This document shows, one piece after another, positions 17,875 to 26,237 of a stretch of DNA of 53,660 bases. Positions within the stretch are counted from its first letter, which is position 1; each line of letters opens with the position of its first letter. Source of the DNA: Staphylococcus phage Pel53. The stretch lies in sequence record PP952070.1. One strand, given 5' to 3'. The notes below the pieces were generated by a model. The model searched no databases. It saw only the letters and a list, made by a program, of their open reading frames with translations, and was not told where the DNA came from. A program made the position numbers and the translations under genes.

Positions 17875-19815
17875 ATGACTACTATCTCAACTCAAACTAT
17901 CAAATCTGTTGTTCCTGCTATCACTGCTCTGGTATACCGTGCCAAAGAGAAGCAGAACTATATGGTTCCACAGACTTGTGCTATTGCTGCCTTAGCCATC
18001 TTCAAGATGATGACGTCTTTCACACGTGATGACGTTATTCCTGCTATCTCGATGGTTGAACTGGCTTCTGCTTCTATTGCTGATGCCAACCGTTATAACA
18101 ACGATTTGAAATCAATGCACTATGTTGACCCAGCTATCAACCTCATTGGTTTAGCTAAGCACTTTGGCTTCATCACCATGAACGAAGACAAATCGTTCCA
18201 GATGACTGATGCATGGGTTGAACTGGTTACAACCAAAGATACCTCAGTTCCATTCACTGAGAAGGTAACAACTGAATCTCGTCGCAAGCCTTTCGTTAAA
18301 GGTGGCAAAGTTAAGCCATCCAAGACTCTGAAAGCTGCAATCGAATTCCTGCAAGATACTGAATATCACGTTGATGCAACAATGGTTAAAGTTATCTCTT
18401 CCATGTTAGAACAACGTACATTTGGTGGCTTACAGATGCCAGAAGCAATCCAGACTGAACTCCATGTTTGGAACAATGCTGTAGCAATGGTTGGGCAGGA
18501 CACTCTGTTCTCTGACTACTTTGCTGATAACCGTGGTCGTTTGTATCACGTAGCATGTGCTGGTCCTAACCCACAATCATCTGACTTTGCTCGTTGCTTG
18601 TATTCCCACAATGTTGAGAACACTGTGAGCAAGTTTAATGCTGATGGTTCAACAACTCTGGCATACAACATGTTCATGCTTGAGCTGGAAGATATTGCTG
18701 GTGGAGACTGGACTTCTGCAAAACGTTTAACTTATGTTGCACAGAATCCTGCTGGTTCTCTAGCTCGTATGCTGAATATGCCTAAAGGTGAGCGTCCTTC
18801 TAAGCCATTCACTTATGTTCGATTAGCTCTGGATTGGTTCAAGTTTGAGACTACAGGTGAGTGTGATTCTCGTGTAGGCTTTGGCTTAGATGCTAAATGT
18901 TCTGGTACTCAATATCTGGCATTCATTGCTGGTAATATGGAGATGGCTCGTGCAACAGGTCTGGTTGATTCTGAGACTAAAGCATCTGACCCATACCAGT
19001 TATCTCTTCGTGAACTGTTGAAGTTATTAGACCGTTCTTCAATGAAACCATCCGCTGAAATTATGGATGAATTCTTGAATCCGAAAGCTGGTCGTAAGTT
19101 TATCAAAACTCCATACATGGCTATCCAATATGGTGGTGGTAAAGCTGCATTAACTGGTTCTTCTGACTTCATTGCATACATGACAGAAGCTCTCCAGATT
19201 CCTATGGAGAAAGCTGATGCATTTGCTGAGCTTTGTGTTGAAGCAATTCATAACGCATTGGGTGAGAAGATTAACATGTTCATCGAGAAAGCTGCTGATG
19301 CTGCATACAATCGTTGTGTTGAACTCAACAAAGAGTATATCACCTATAAGCACACTGATGGTCAAGTTGTAATGAAGCCTTGCTTCCCATCTCGTGATGT
19401 TTGTGATGCATTCAGCATTCGTGTTGATTCTCAAACTCGTGTCATCTTTGGTCAGATTCAGGAGAATAGGCCTTGGACTATTCGTGAGTCCAATCCAACT
19501 AAAGAAGAATTCAAACGTACCTTCGTTGTTAACTACATTCAAGGTATTGATGCATTGGTTGCTCGTACTGTTGCAGTCAAAGCTAAAGAAGCTGGTCTTC
19601 GTGGCTTTACTTCAATTCACGATTGTTTCCGTTGCTGCTTAGCTGATGCTCCTCTCATGATGGAAGTGATTCGTTCTGCTTATATTGAAATCTTTGTTCA
19701 TAATAATCAGTTTGAATCTCTGTCTAAGCAACTTGGTGGCATCAACATGTACCATGAGAACATCGTAACAGAAGAGCTTCTGATGAGCGAACACGCTTAC
19801 TACTTCTGTCAATAA
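17875..19815 (+). CDS. T7-like single-subunit RNA polymerase, N-terminally truncated (about 646 aa)
   Basis: Motif A GLDAKCSGTQYLAF (T7 DGSCSGIQHF), motif B RKFIKTPYMAIQYGGG (T7 R..K....YGS), motif C TSIHDCF (T7 HDSFGT). ATG 17875 with RBS ttggagac. The track ORF starts further upstream at 17788 but lacks an RBS. Confidence 0.8.
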   Translation: MTTISTQTIKSVVPAITALVYRAKEKQNYMVPQTCAIAALAIFKMMTSFTRDDVIPAISMVELASASIADANRYNNDLKSMHYVDPAINLIGLAKHFGFITMNEDKSFQMTDAWVELVTTKDTSVPFTEKVTTESRRKPFVKGGKVKPSKTLKAAIEFLQDTEYHVDATMVKVISSMLEQRTFGGLQMPEAIQTELHVWNNAVAMVGQDTLFSDYFADNRGRLYHVACAGPNPQSSDFARCLYSHNVENTVSKFNADGSTTLAYNMFMLELEDIAGGDWTSAKRLTYVAQNPAGSLARMLNMPKGERPSKPFTYVRLALDWFKFETTGECDSRVGFGLDAKCSGTQYLAFIAGNMEMARATGLVDSETKASDPYQLSLRELLKLLDRSSMKPSAEIMDEFLNPKAGRKFIKTPYMAIQYGGGKAALTGSSDFIAYMTEALQIPMEKADAFAELCVEAIHNALGEKINMFIEKAADAAYNRCVELNKEYITYKHTDGQVVMKPCFPSRDVCDAFSIRVDSQTRVIFGQIQENRPWTIRESNPTKEEFKRTFVVNYIQGIDALVARTVAVKAKEAGLRGFTSIHDCFRCCLADAPLMMEVIRSAYIEIFVHNNQFESLSKQLGGINMYHENIVTEELLMSEHAYYFCQ

Positions 19816-19822
19816 GATAACA

Positions 19823-19850
19823 AGCCCTGTAGAGATACGGGGCTGTTCTT
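19823..19850 (+). terminator. putative terminator hairpin after RNAP gene
   Basis: agccct/ggggct stem with a 10-nt loop, followed by gttcttg. Confidence 0.3.
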
Positions 19851-19895
19851 GTGCATTAGTTGTTAATGAATTAAATCAAATTGGAGACTTTATAA

Positions 19896-20062
19896 TGTTT
19901 ACAGTGACCTTAGTAACCTATTACGGCAAGCAAGTTTGTGAGAAGTTTGAGACTTTAGCAGAAGCAAGAGCCTTTGCAGCTCGTGAAGAGAATATCTATG
20001 TAGAGTGTGAAATCACAGATGGTGACAAAGTCTACGATGTAGTTAAGCCTGAACTCCACTGA
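19896..20062 (+). CDS. small hypothetical protein (55 aa)
   Basis: ATG 19896 with RBS ttggagac. MFTVTLVTYYGKQVCEKFETLAEARAFAAREENIYVECEITDGDKVYDVVKPELH. Below the 60-aa track cutoff. Confidence 0.55.
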
Positions 20063-21160
20063 TTCCCAATATTCGGACAATATTGTTGCATGTAATATTG
20101 TCCCGATATTCGACATTAGTTGGATATGAAGTAACAGAATACGGAGAAGTATTCCGCATGTCATGTTGAAATCATTCTAGAAACATTTCAGCATGTCAAC
20201 TAAACACACAGCGTTGTAATGATGTGGCAATCATTGAACTCCCTGTCTTTGGCCGGACAAAGTTCCAGCAACCATGTGTGAAGTAGGAATATTATTCGAA
20301 ACTGTTCTTCAACCTAAGCATGTTCACTTGTTTCAATTGAGCTACATCTCCTATTATCAAGGCCCACCCACAAGCCGGGAGATAACTTTGGTAATATTGG
20401 AACTTTTGGACATGCTTCTTTCTTTCAATCAGAATTCGAAAGAAGAGAAGTGTCGGAGCAAAGCCTCTCGTTTTCACGCAGAAGCCGCCCCGATTTTGAG
20501 CAACAAATATTGTGGCAATATTGCTACAGTATGGCATGTAAATATTGCTACAAATTGGCATGTTAGAATGTGGCAGAATTGTTAGAGGACTAATCACCTC
20601 GAAGATACAATTGTCTACCAATCCGGCATGTTAATTTTGTAACAATATTTGTGCCAATTTCGCATGTAATAAATGTATCAATATTCACCCAATATTCTTG
20701 CAACCCGCATGAATACTGGCTTCCAGCCAAGCGAAGGCTTTATCATCGCATGTAAATATTGTGACAATATTGGGATAAAACCCTTTATTTATTTCTGTAG
20801 TTTTGTATTAAATGGTCGGTTTTCCGTACCTATTGCGCCACTTCTTGATGTGCCAAATACATTCCAAGATAGGAGCAAACCTGTAATTAATGATGCATGT
20901 TTGATTGTGACTAAATTCGTTCATTTGGCGGATGAATTGGTTGCAATTAAGCATGTCCATTTATCATTAGTTGCATGTGAATAAGACCAAATCTCTGTAA
21001 ATTCTGCTGAAATTGTGTGGCAGATTTTAGAGAGATTATGTCTCCAAGCTAATCATTGTAGTTTTCGACACTTGTTGTGTCACATACTCCCTACAACTTT
21101 AAGGTGGATTGAGGTAATACAGGACCTCCACAATCGTTCTGTAGGGAGTTTTCCCTTTAA
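20063..21160. repeat. ORF-poor repeat region with about 14 copies of GCATGT(A/T)A(A/T) and many CAATATTG palindromes
   Basis: Seen directly: ttgcatgtaatattg, ccgcatgtcatg, cagcatgtcaac, aagcatgttcac, ggcatgtaaatattg, ggcatgttagaatg, ggcatgttaatttt, cgcatgtaataaatg, cgcatgtaaatattgtgacaatattgg, tgcatgtttg, agcatgtccat, ttgcatgtgaat. Several resemble extended -10 elements (TGnTAATAT / TGTTAGAAT). Confidence 0.6.
20113..20131 (+). promoter_or_regulatory. phage promoter-like motif with no ORF for about 1 kb downstream
   Basis: acattagttggatatgaag. Next convincing gene starts at 21175. Confidence 0.45.
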
Positions 21161-21174
21161 CTTTGGAGAATAAA

Positions 21175-21423
21175 ATGAGTTCTATTACAAAGTTGGCAAA
21201 GTTTGCGGACTTACCTGATGGTGCAATCTTCACTCTGCGCTCTGTCAAGTGGATTAAAGTTAATGAATCAAAGCTGTACGATGCTGTAGGGCTGTTTGAT
21301 TCAAGTAAGGCATGTAATCTTGGTGCCAATACTATTGTAAGTATTGAAATTGAGTTAACTCACGATGATTCTGACTCTGAGGAATCATTCCGTAACCTGC
21401 CTGGATATAGTGAGGGCTTCTGA
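21175..21423 (+). CDS. hypothetical early protein
   Basis: ATG 21175 with RBS ctttggagaataaa. The track ATG at 21163 lies inside the RBS. Confidence 0.5.
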   Translation: MSSITKLAKFADLPDGAIFTLRSVKWIKVNESKLYDAVGLFDSSKACNLGANTIVSIEIELTHDDSDSEESFRNLPGYSEGF

Positions 21424-21653
21424 TGAATTATGCGCTGTATTGTTATTTAAACAAACAAGGCTTTGTTAAGCACGCTTTGGTTAACATTAAAACTAAGGAA
21501 GTGTTGTTGGCCGACCAATCGATTGATGACTTCAGATTGGTATGGAAGAAAGCAATGCATCCTGAACATGTTTGGGAAACAATTCAGTTAGATAAGCACC
21601 ACAAAATTGTGGCAACTGCTACTCGTCCAGACCATATTCTACCAAGAGGCTAA
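21423..21653 (+). CDS. hypothetical early protein
   Basis: 76 aa, ATGA-coupled to the previous gene. Confidence 0.45.
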   Translation: MNYALYCYLNKQGFVKHALVNIKTKEVLLADQSIDDFRLVWKKAMHPEHVWETIQLDKHHKIVATATRPDHILPRG

Positions 21654-21655
21654 TC

Positions 21656-21844
21656 ATGGACTTCATCGTCTACTTTAAGTTAAATGGCGTAGAGCAAAGT
21701 TTGTACTTCAATTCTTTACTTCGTTTACAGCAGTGGGCGGAGAAGTTTGTTGGTTATGACTTTGATTACATCAACGCATGTACGCCTGACGAACATGAAG
21801 AAATCGTGTTCAGTTCTTTAAATCAAATTCTGGAGGCAAAATGA
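21656..21844 (+). CDS. hypothetical early protein
   Basis: 62 aa, tightly packed. Confidence 0.4.
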   Translation: MDFIVYFKLNGVEQSLYFNSLLRLQQWAEKFVGYDFDYINACTPDEHEEIVFSSLNQILEAK

Positions 21845-22014
21845 ACGACCAGCAATTCAACACATTCATGCAGCAGATTAATCATCAAGAACTGATGGAT
21901 GCCATCAAAGGCAAGAAGCCAGTCGAACGTAAATATCGTAAAATTGATAATTATATGCCAACAATCATTGCATGTGTTGGTGTTGCTATTGTTCTATACT
22001 TCCTGGTGAAATAA
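21841..22014 (+). CDS. small membrane-anchored protein (C-terminal TM)
   Basis: 57 aa MNDQQFNTFMQQ...PTIIACVGVAIVLYFLVK. ATGA overlap with the previous gene. Confidence 0.45.
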   Translation: MNDQQFNTFMQQINHQELMDAIKGKKPVERKYRKIDNYMPTIIACVGVAIVLYFLVK

Positions 22015-22097
22015 TGGATATTGTAAAGAAATTAGTGTTCTGCATTCTAATGTTCCCTCTGGTGCTGCTCGTTGTGGGCAGCTTCTTAATCTTCTAA
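22014..22097 (+). CDS. 27-aa hydrophobic micro-protein
   Basis: MDIVKKLVFCILMFPLVLLVVGSFLIF, TAATG overlap with the previous gene. Single TM peptide. Confidence 0.3.
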   Translation: MDIVKKLVFCILMFPLVLLVVGSFLIF

Positions 22098-22109
22098 TAA
22101 GGCAATTCC

Positions 22110-22406
22110 ATGTCAATTCAGAAATTCCTTGATGTAGCAAATGTTGCTAAAAATTCGATTCCAAGCAATCCTGACATTCTGACCTCAATGCGTGTTGATG
22201 TTGCACTTCTGGCTTTGGCTGGTGAGCACATCAATGTACTTGAAAGGCAAGTGTATGACTTACAAACTGAATCAGACCGTCGAGCAGAGGTGTTGATTGA
22301 GTTCCAGAAATCTTACGATGCCCTGCAAGAAGACCGAAACAATTTGCAACAACGACTTGCAGATGCACTTGAAGAAATTGAAAGGTTAACACCTCCAACC
22401 AAATAA
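22110..22406 (+). CDS. hypothetical coiled-coil protein
   Basis: 98 aa, heptad-rich (LQQRLADALEEIERL). Confidence 0.45.
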   Translation: MSIQKFLDVANVAKNSIPSNPDILTSMRVDVALLALAGEHINVLERQVYDLQTESDRRAEVLIEFQKSYDALQEDRNNLQQRLADALEEIERLTPPTK

Positions 22407-22421
22407 CAATCGGGAGTTATT

Positions 22422-22685
22422 ATGGCTACTAAGACCGGAATGATGATTGTCCCAAGCCGTAATAACTCTTTAAGCGGCTTTACTCCATATAAAATCTATG
22501 AGGTAATTTCTGGCACTGGTGAAGCAAACCTGTCAGAAGTTGCTTTGAAGTTGGGCCGTATGGTCCACTCCGACATTTCCTGTAACGTGCTCGACGACGA
22601 AGGTAAAGTCCGATTTGTAACAATGGATTTCTTCCGTGAATTTAAATTAGAATCCGAATTAGGAGTTTTATACCATGAAATTTAA
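22422..22685 (+). CDS. hypothetical protein
   Basis: 87 aa with RBS gggagtt. Confidence 0.45.
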   Translation: MATKTGMMIVPSRNNSLSGFTPYKIYEVISGTGEANLSEVALKLGRMVHSDISCNVLDDEGKVRFVTMDFFREFKLESELGVLYHEI

Positions 22686-22902
22686 ATGTGTTGCTTCCAA
22701 CAAAGACTACGTTCCAGTTGGCCTAATCATTGAGGGTGAAGCTATTTCACCTTTGGAATTTAAAGTTACCAAATCTGCTGAGAGCATTTCTCCAGCATTT
22801 CGTAAAGGTGCTGTCGTTCCTATGAATGGTGCATTCTGGACATGGCAGCGCGACCATCGTGAAGAGTTTGTAGATATTTGTGAACAAGGGAGTTTACAAT
22901 AA
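22675..22902 (+). CDS. hypothetical protein, paralog A (MKFKCV family)
   Basis: 75 aa. Shares MKFKCV, IEGE, GAFWTWQ motifs with the next ORF. Confidence 0.5.
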   Translation: MKFKCVASNKDYVPVGLIIEGEAISPLEFKVTKSAESISPAFRKGAVVPMNGAFWTWQRDHREEFVDICEQGSLQ

Positions 22903-23132
22903 TGGCTAAATTCAAATGTGTAAAATCAACATCCTATGGAGAACATTCTCCCAAAGTTGGTGATATGATTGAAGGGGAACTCGCACAAGTTCAGCGAAAC
23001 TATGGGACTGTTACCAGAATAATCATCTCGAAAGTCGGTGACCGCAAAGATGCCAATGGTATGCCTTATTGGGATGTTAGAGAAAGTATCCCGCTGGAGG
23101 GTGCTCTCTGGTCTTGGGAAGAAGTTAAATAA
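22902..23132 (+). CDS. hypothetical protein, paralog B (MAKFKCV family)
   Basis: 76 aa. MAKFKCV ... GALWSWEEV. Tandem duplicate of 22675-22902. Confidence 0.5.
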   Translation: MAKFKCVKSTSYGEHSPKVGDMIEGELAQVQRNYGTVTRIIISKVGDRKDANGMPYWDVRESIPLEGALWSWEEVK

Positions 23133-23195
23133 TTTCCTCAACCATTCTTATAATGAGAGTGGTTGCTGAATATTATTAATTAACTTGGAGCATTT

Positions 23196-23486
23196 ATGAA
23201 ACAACGTACTCGTTTACAACGTGACCCAGCCACAGGTCGCCTGTTGCCAGCATATTTGAAAGTTGGTGACTTAGTTTATACTCGTGACTTTGCTTTTGAT
23301 ATTTGCCCAAGCAAAGTTTATGTAGTTCTTGCCACCAGCTTGTCAAAACCTAAAGTGTTGTTTGGTGCACTTGAGCCAATTCAGCTGACCGGAACTCAAT
23401 TTGTGATTAAAGACGAATCTGGTTGTAACCGTATCTTCAATCTCGAAGGTGGTCTGTCTAAATGGGAGAAGATTAAGCGTGGGTAA
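23196..23486 (+). CDS. hypothetical protein
   Basis: 96 aa with RBS cttggagc. Confidence 0.45.
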   Translation: MKQRTRLQRDPATGRLLPAYLKVGDLVYTRDFAFDICPSKVYVVLATSLSKPKVLFGALEPIQLTGTQFVIKDESGCNRIFNLEGGLSKWEKIKRG

Positions 23487-23499
23487 GAACTATATAGAA

Positions 23500-23712
23500 A
23501 TGTTTAAAAGACTCAATGTCAATGGACAGGAGTTCTTGTTAAACGATGCAAGACAAGATGTAGAGCTGTCTGATAAATACAGCTCCTCATACCAGAGAAC
23601 TATTGTAAAATGGACGTTCTCTTACATATCCTATAATCTTCCAGGAGAAACGCTTGTAATTAGCGGTTCTGGTGATTCCGTATTATCCGCTTTGGAGAAA
23701 CTAAAGCAATGA
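23500..23712 (+). CDS. hypothetical protein
   Basis: ATG 23500 (MFKRLNVNGQEF). The alternative upstream ATG at 23449 overlaps the previous gene. Confidence 0.4.
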   Translation: MFKRLNVNGQEFLLNDARQDVELSDKYSSSYQRTIVKWTFSYISYNLPGETLVISGSGDSVLSALEKLKQ

Positions 23713-23996
23713 ACAAGAATTCAATCGTTAAATATGTTGGTGAAACTAATTCCAGCTTCACCAAAGGCAAGAAGTACAAAATCGTCGCAGGTCGTGGTGA
23801 CGGAGTTCCTCGAAACAGTGGTACATTGGGTGCGTATATTCAATCTCCTTTGGGTTTTGTCGTTATTGATGATAACAACGTTCTACTCTATCGTACATTC
23901 TCCAATTTGTGGGAGCTTGTGGAAGATTCTGGTGAAGTAAGTTGGTATAAACCTGAATCAAATATCGACCCTATTCCTATTTCAAAGACGATGTAA
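23709..23996 (+). CDS. hypothetical protein
   Basis: 95 aa, ATGA-coupled. Confidence 0.45.
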   Translation: MNKNSIVKYVGETNSSFTKGKKYKIVAGRGDGVPRNSGTLGAYIQSPLGFVVIDDNNVLLYRTFSNLWELVEDSGEVSWYKPESNIDPIPISKTM

Positions 23997-24035
23997 ATTA
24001 ACAAGGAGCATTCATTGAGTGTTCCTGATTAATTC

Positions 24036-24058
24036 AACATTAGTTGGGTGTGAATAAC
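24036..24058 (+). promoter_or_regulatory. phage promoter-like motif
   Basis: aacattagttgggtgtgaataac, 16 bp upstream of ATG 24074. Confidence 0.5.
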
Positions 24059-24073
24059 ATTTCTGGAGGTTTT

Positions 24074-24556
24074 ATGTATAAGTTTAGCCCAATGCAGGAT
24101 GGAGTTACACACATAAATATTTATACGCAAGGAAAGACGCAATTAGGTCGCGCACTGTCGAACCTGTTTGATTGCGAATTTTCTGTGCCAGGATATGGAG
24201 ACTTTAAGTCTCTGGAAGGATTCTGGTATTATTATCTTACAGGGTGTAAGCATGAAGAGCTAAAATGCCTTGGAGGATTTGCGGCAAAGAATTTTGGAAG
24301 AAAATTCCCTTTTGACAGGATAGACGAAGAAACTACTGGTCCGGTTGGAGAACAACGGGAAGTAATACTGGAAGCAATAAGGTGTAAGCTGAGGCAGAAT
24401 AAATGGATTTGCAAACTATTGAAGGAGTCAGAACTGCCGCTAGCACACTACTACGTGCCGAAGGGGAAAGAATACTCCATGCAGTATTCAATATCAAAGT
24501 TCCAATGGCAGGTAGAGGAATTTGAAAGGCTAAGAAAACTCCTCAAGGGTGTTTGA
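24074..24556 (+). CDS. hypothetical early protein (160 aa)
   Basis: ATG 24074 with RBS ctggaggtttt. MYKFSPMQDGVTHINIYTQGKTQLGRALSNLF... No family recognised. Confidence 0.5.
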   Translation: MYKFSPMQDGVTHINIYTQGKTQLGRALSNLFDCEFSVPGYGDFKSLEGFWYYYLTGCKHEELKCLGGFAAKNFGRKFPFDRIDEETTGPVGEQREVILEAIRCKLRQNKWICKLLKESELPLAHYYVPKGKEYSMQYSISKFQWQVEEFERLRKLLKGV

Positions 24557-24593
24557 TTATCAGGGTGCATTTACGAGTGTACCCGAATAATCC

Positions 24594-24613
24594 AATTAGT
24601 TGGATGTGAGAGA
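24594..24613 (+). promoter_or_regulatory. phage promoter-like motif
   Basis: caattagttggatgtgagag, preceded by a 7-bp-stem hairpin (24563-24584). Confidence 0.45.
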
Positions 24614-24681
24614 CAAAGCTATTCCGTGGTTAGCAATGTCACTGAAACTTAAACTGTAATTAACTTAAGAGAATCTTAATC

Positions 24682-25053
24682 ATGGCACAATATTCAGACG
24701 TAAACACTGGCATCATCGGTTCCAATGGCTTCAAGAAAGACCCAAAACATCCCGACGTTCGTGGACGTATTAACGTTGACGGAATTTGGTATTGGGTGTC
24801 TGGTTGGAACAAACAAGCCAATGGTAATGAATTTACCTCGCTGGCACTCACCATCATGACCCAAGAACAGGTTGATGAAATGATGCGTAAGCGTGAAGAG
24901 AAAGCTAAAGCCAAAGCTCAACCTCAAGCCGCTGCTCAACAGCAACGCCAGCAACCTGCTGCACAACAGCAAGCACCTGCTCAGCAACAGACGCAGAACA
25001 GTAACTACAATCCGAACGAGCCGAAAGACTTCGACGACGACATTCCGTTCTAA
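24682..25053 (+). CDS. small SSB-like protein carrying the E. coli-type SSB C-terminal tip (DFDDDIPF)
   Basis: 123 aa: a short OB-like N-terminus (GIIGSNGFKKDPKHPDVRGRINVDGIWYWVSGW), a Q/A/P-rich linker, and C-terminal DFDDDIPF identical to the E. coli SSB tail tip. Confidence 0.6.
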   Translation: MAQYSDVNTGIIGSNGFKKDPKHPDVRGRINVDGIWYWVSGWNKQANGNEFTSLALTIMTQEQVDEMMRKREEKAKAKAQPQAAAQQQRQQPAAQQQAPAQQQTQNSNYNPNEPKDFDDDIPF

Positions 25054-25066
25054 TTGGAAATGCCCT

Positions 25067-25186
25067 ATGAAAATTTTATGTTTTATAGGGCTACATAATT
25101 GGGAAATTTCACATACAAACGATTATGTAACCTTTTGGGTGTGTAAGCACTGTTCAGCAATGCGTGAGGAATATCATGGCAACTAA
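25067..25186 (+). CDS. 39-aa Cys/His zinc-ribbon-like micro-protein
   Basis: MKILCFIGLHNWEISHTNDYVTFWVCKHCSAMREEYHGN. Overlaps the next gene start. Confidence 0.3.
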   Translation: MKILCFIGLHNWEISHTNDYVTFWVCKHCSAMREEYHGN

Positions 25187-26078
25187 CGTTATTGAAATAC
25201 CTGCCAATTTAGTCAAAACTGGCGATGTTGTAGTTCACAACAATAAAGAGTATCTGATTGTGAATATCCTCAGATTAGGTGTAGTTCAACTGCAATATTC
25301 TGGTGGATATTTCAATTACGAGTGGGACCAAGCAGTCAAAATATTAGACAAACGCCCTACAACAGATTCTTTTGCAAAACCTACCACAACCCGTGCAGTG
25401 TTGGCACACCAAGTGCGACCTGGAGACACCTTATCTTATGGAATCAAGTTCTTTGATATAAAGGAAGTTAAAGACCTTGGGGAAATCCCAGAAAGAGCGG
25501 TTCGCTTAATCCATGAAACAGGCTACTTTGACTTTTCACTTAACCGCATAGTCCACATTGTCAACAAGCCACCAGCTTTGGAAACTCCAACAGCGACATT
25601 CAGCACACAGATAACACCAGTATTTCTTCCATACGAGGAAGCAGTGAAACCATTCTCAGACGAAGAGGATGTTAAAGGTGCTGATGTTGAAGTTGGTGAT
25701 GTTATTTGGATTAATGGCAATTGGGCACTTGTAACAAATGTGTATAAGCATCCAAATTCACCATTCAATAAAGTCAATGTTGAATATGGTAAAGTCAAAG
25801 GTTTGCAAGTACGCCTAACATTAACTGGAATCTATTCAAGAAAGGTAAGAGCAGTAATGGAAACATTAAATATTCAAAATGCAATCGAAGCACAGCGTAT
25901 TCTTCTGCAAAAGCTGGAGCAAATGCTGGACCTACAGCAACTTGCACCAACAGTAGACGGTAAGATTGCAATCGGCAACTGCAACATTCGCGTGGACAAG
26001 GCATCAATCGTTAAAGCCGCACGTGATGAAATGAAAGTTGCTGCAAGCAAATCCGCAGAGCTTATTAAGAAATTATGA
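25176..26078 (+). CDS. hypothetical protein (300 aa)
   Basis: ATG 25176 with RBS gagg. No recognised domain. Confidence 0.5.
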   Translation: MATNVIEIPANLVKTGDVVVHNNKEYLIVNILRLGVVQLQYSGGYFNYEWDQAVKILDKRPTTDSFAKPTTTRAVLAHQVRPGDTLSYGIKFFDIKEVKDLGEIPERAVRLIHETGYFDFSLNRIVHIVNKPPALETPTATFSTQITPVFLPYEEAVKPFSDEEDVKGADVEVGDVIWINGNWALVTNVYKHPNSPFNKVNVEYGKVKGLQVRLTLTGIYSRKVRAVMETLNIQNAIEAQRILLQKLEQMLDLQQLAPTVDGKIAIGNCNIRVDKASIVKAARDEMKVAASKSAELIKKL

Positions 26079-26237
26079 GAATCTTCTGCAAACTGTTTGG
26101 GCATAGTTGGGAGTTAGTCACAAAGTGTGGAGGTGTGAAAACCTACATGTGTACCTGCTGCCTGAAAATCAAAGAAGAGTAATTAACAGAGGTCATTCCA
26201 CTTCGAGTGGCCTCGATTAATTATCACTGGAGCATTC

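Noticed and set aside
20274-20984. Two 103-codon + strand ORFs (20274-20585, 20673-20984) and one minus-strand ORF within the repeat region
   Set aside because: There is no RBS, and the sequences are built from the GCATGT/CAATATT repeats, with a low-complexity, Cys/His-odd composition. The minus-strand orientation contradicts the single-strand gene organisation.
24074-24556. Possible 2H-phosphoesterase (anti-CBASS Acb1-like) or ADP-ribosyltransferase assignment for the 160-aa early protein
   Set aside because: I could not find paired H-x-T/S-x motifs or an R-S-ExE triad, so I have no basis for the call.
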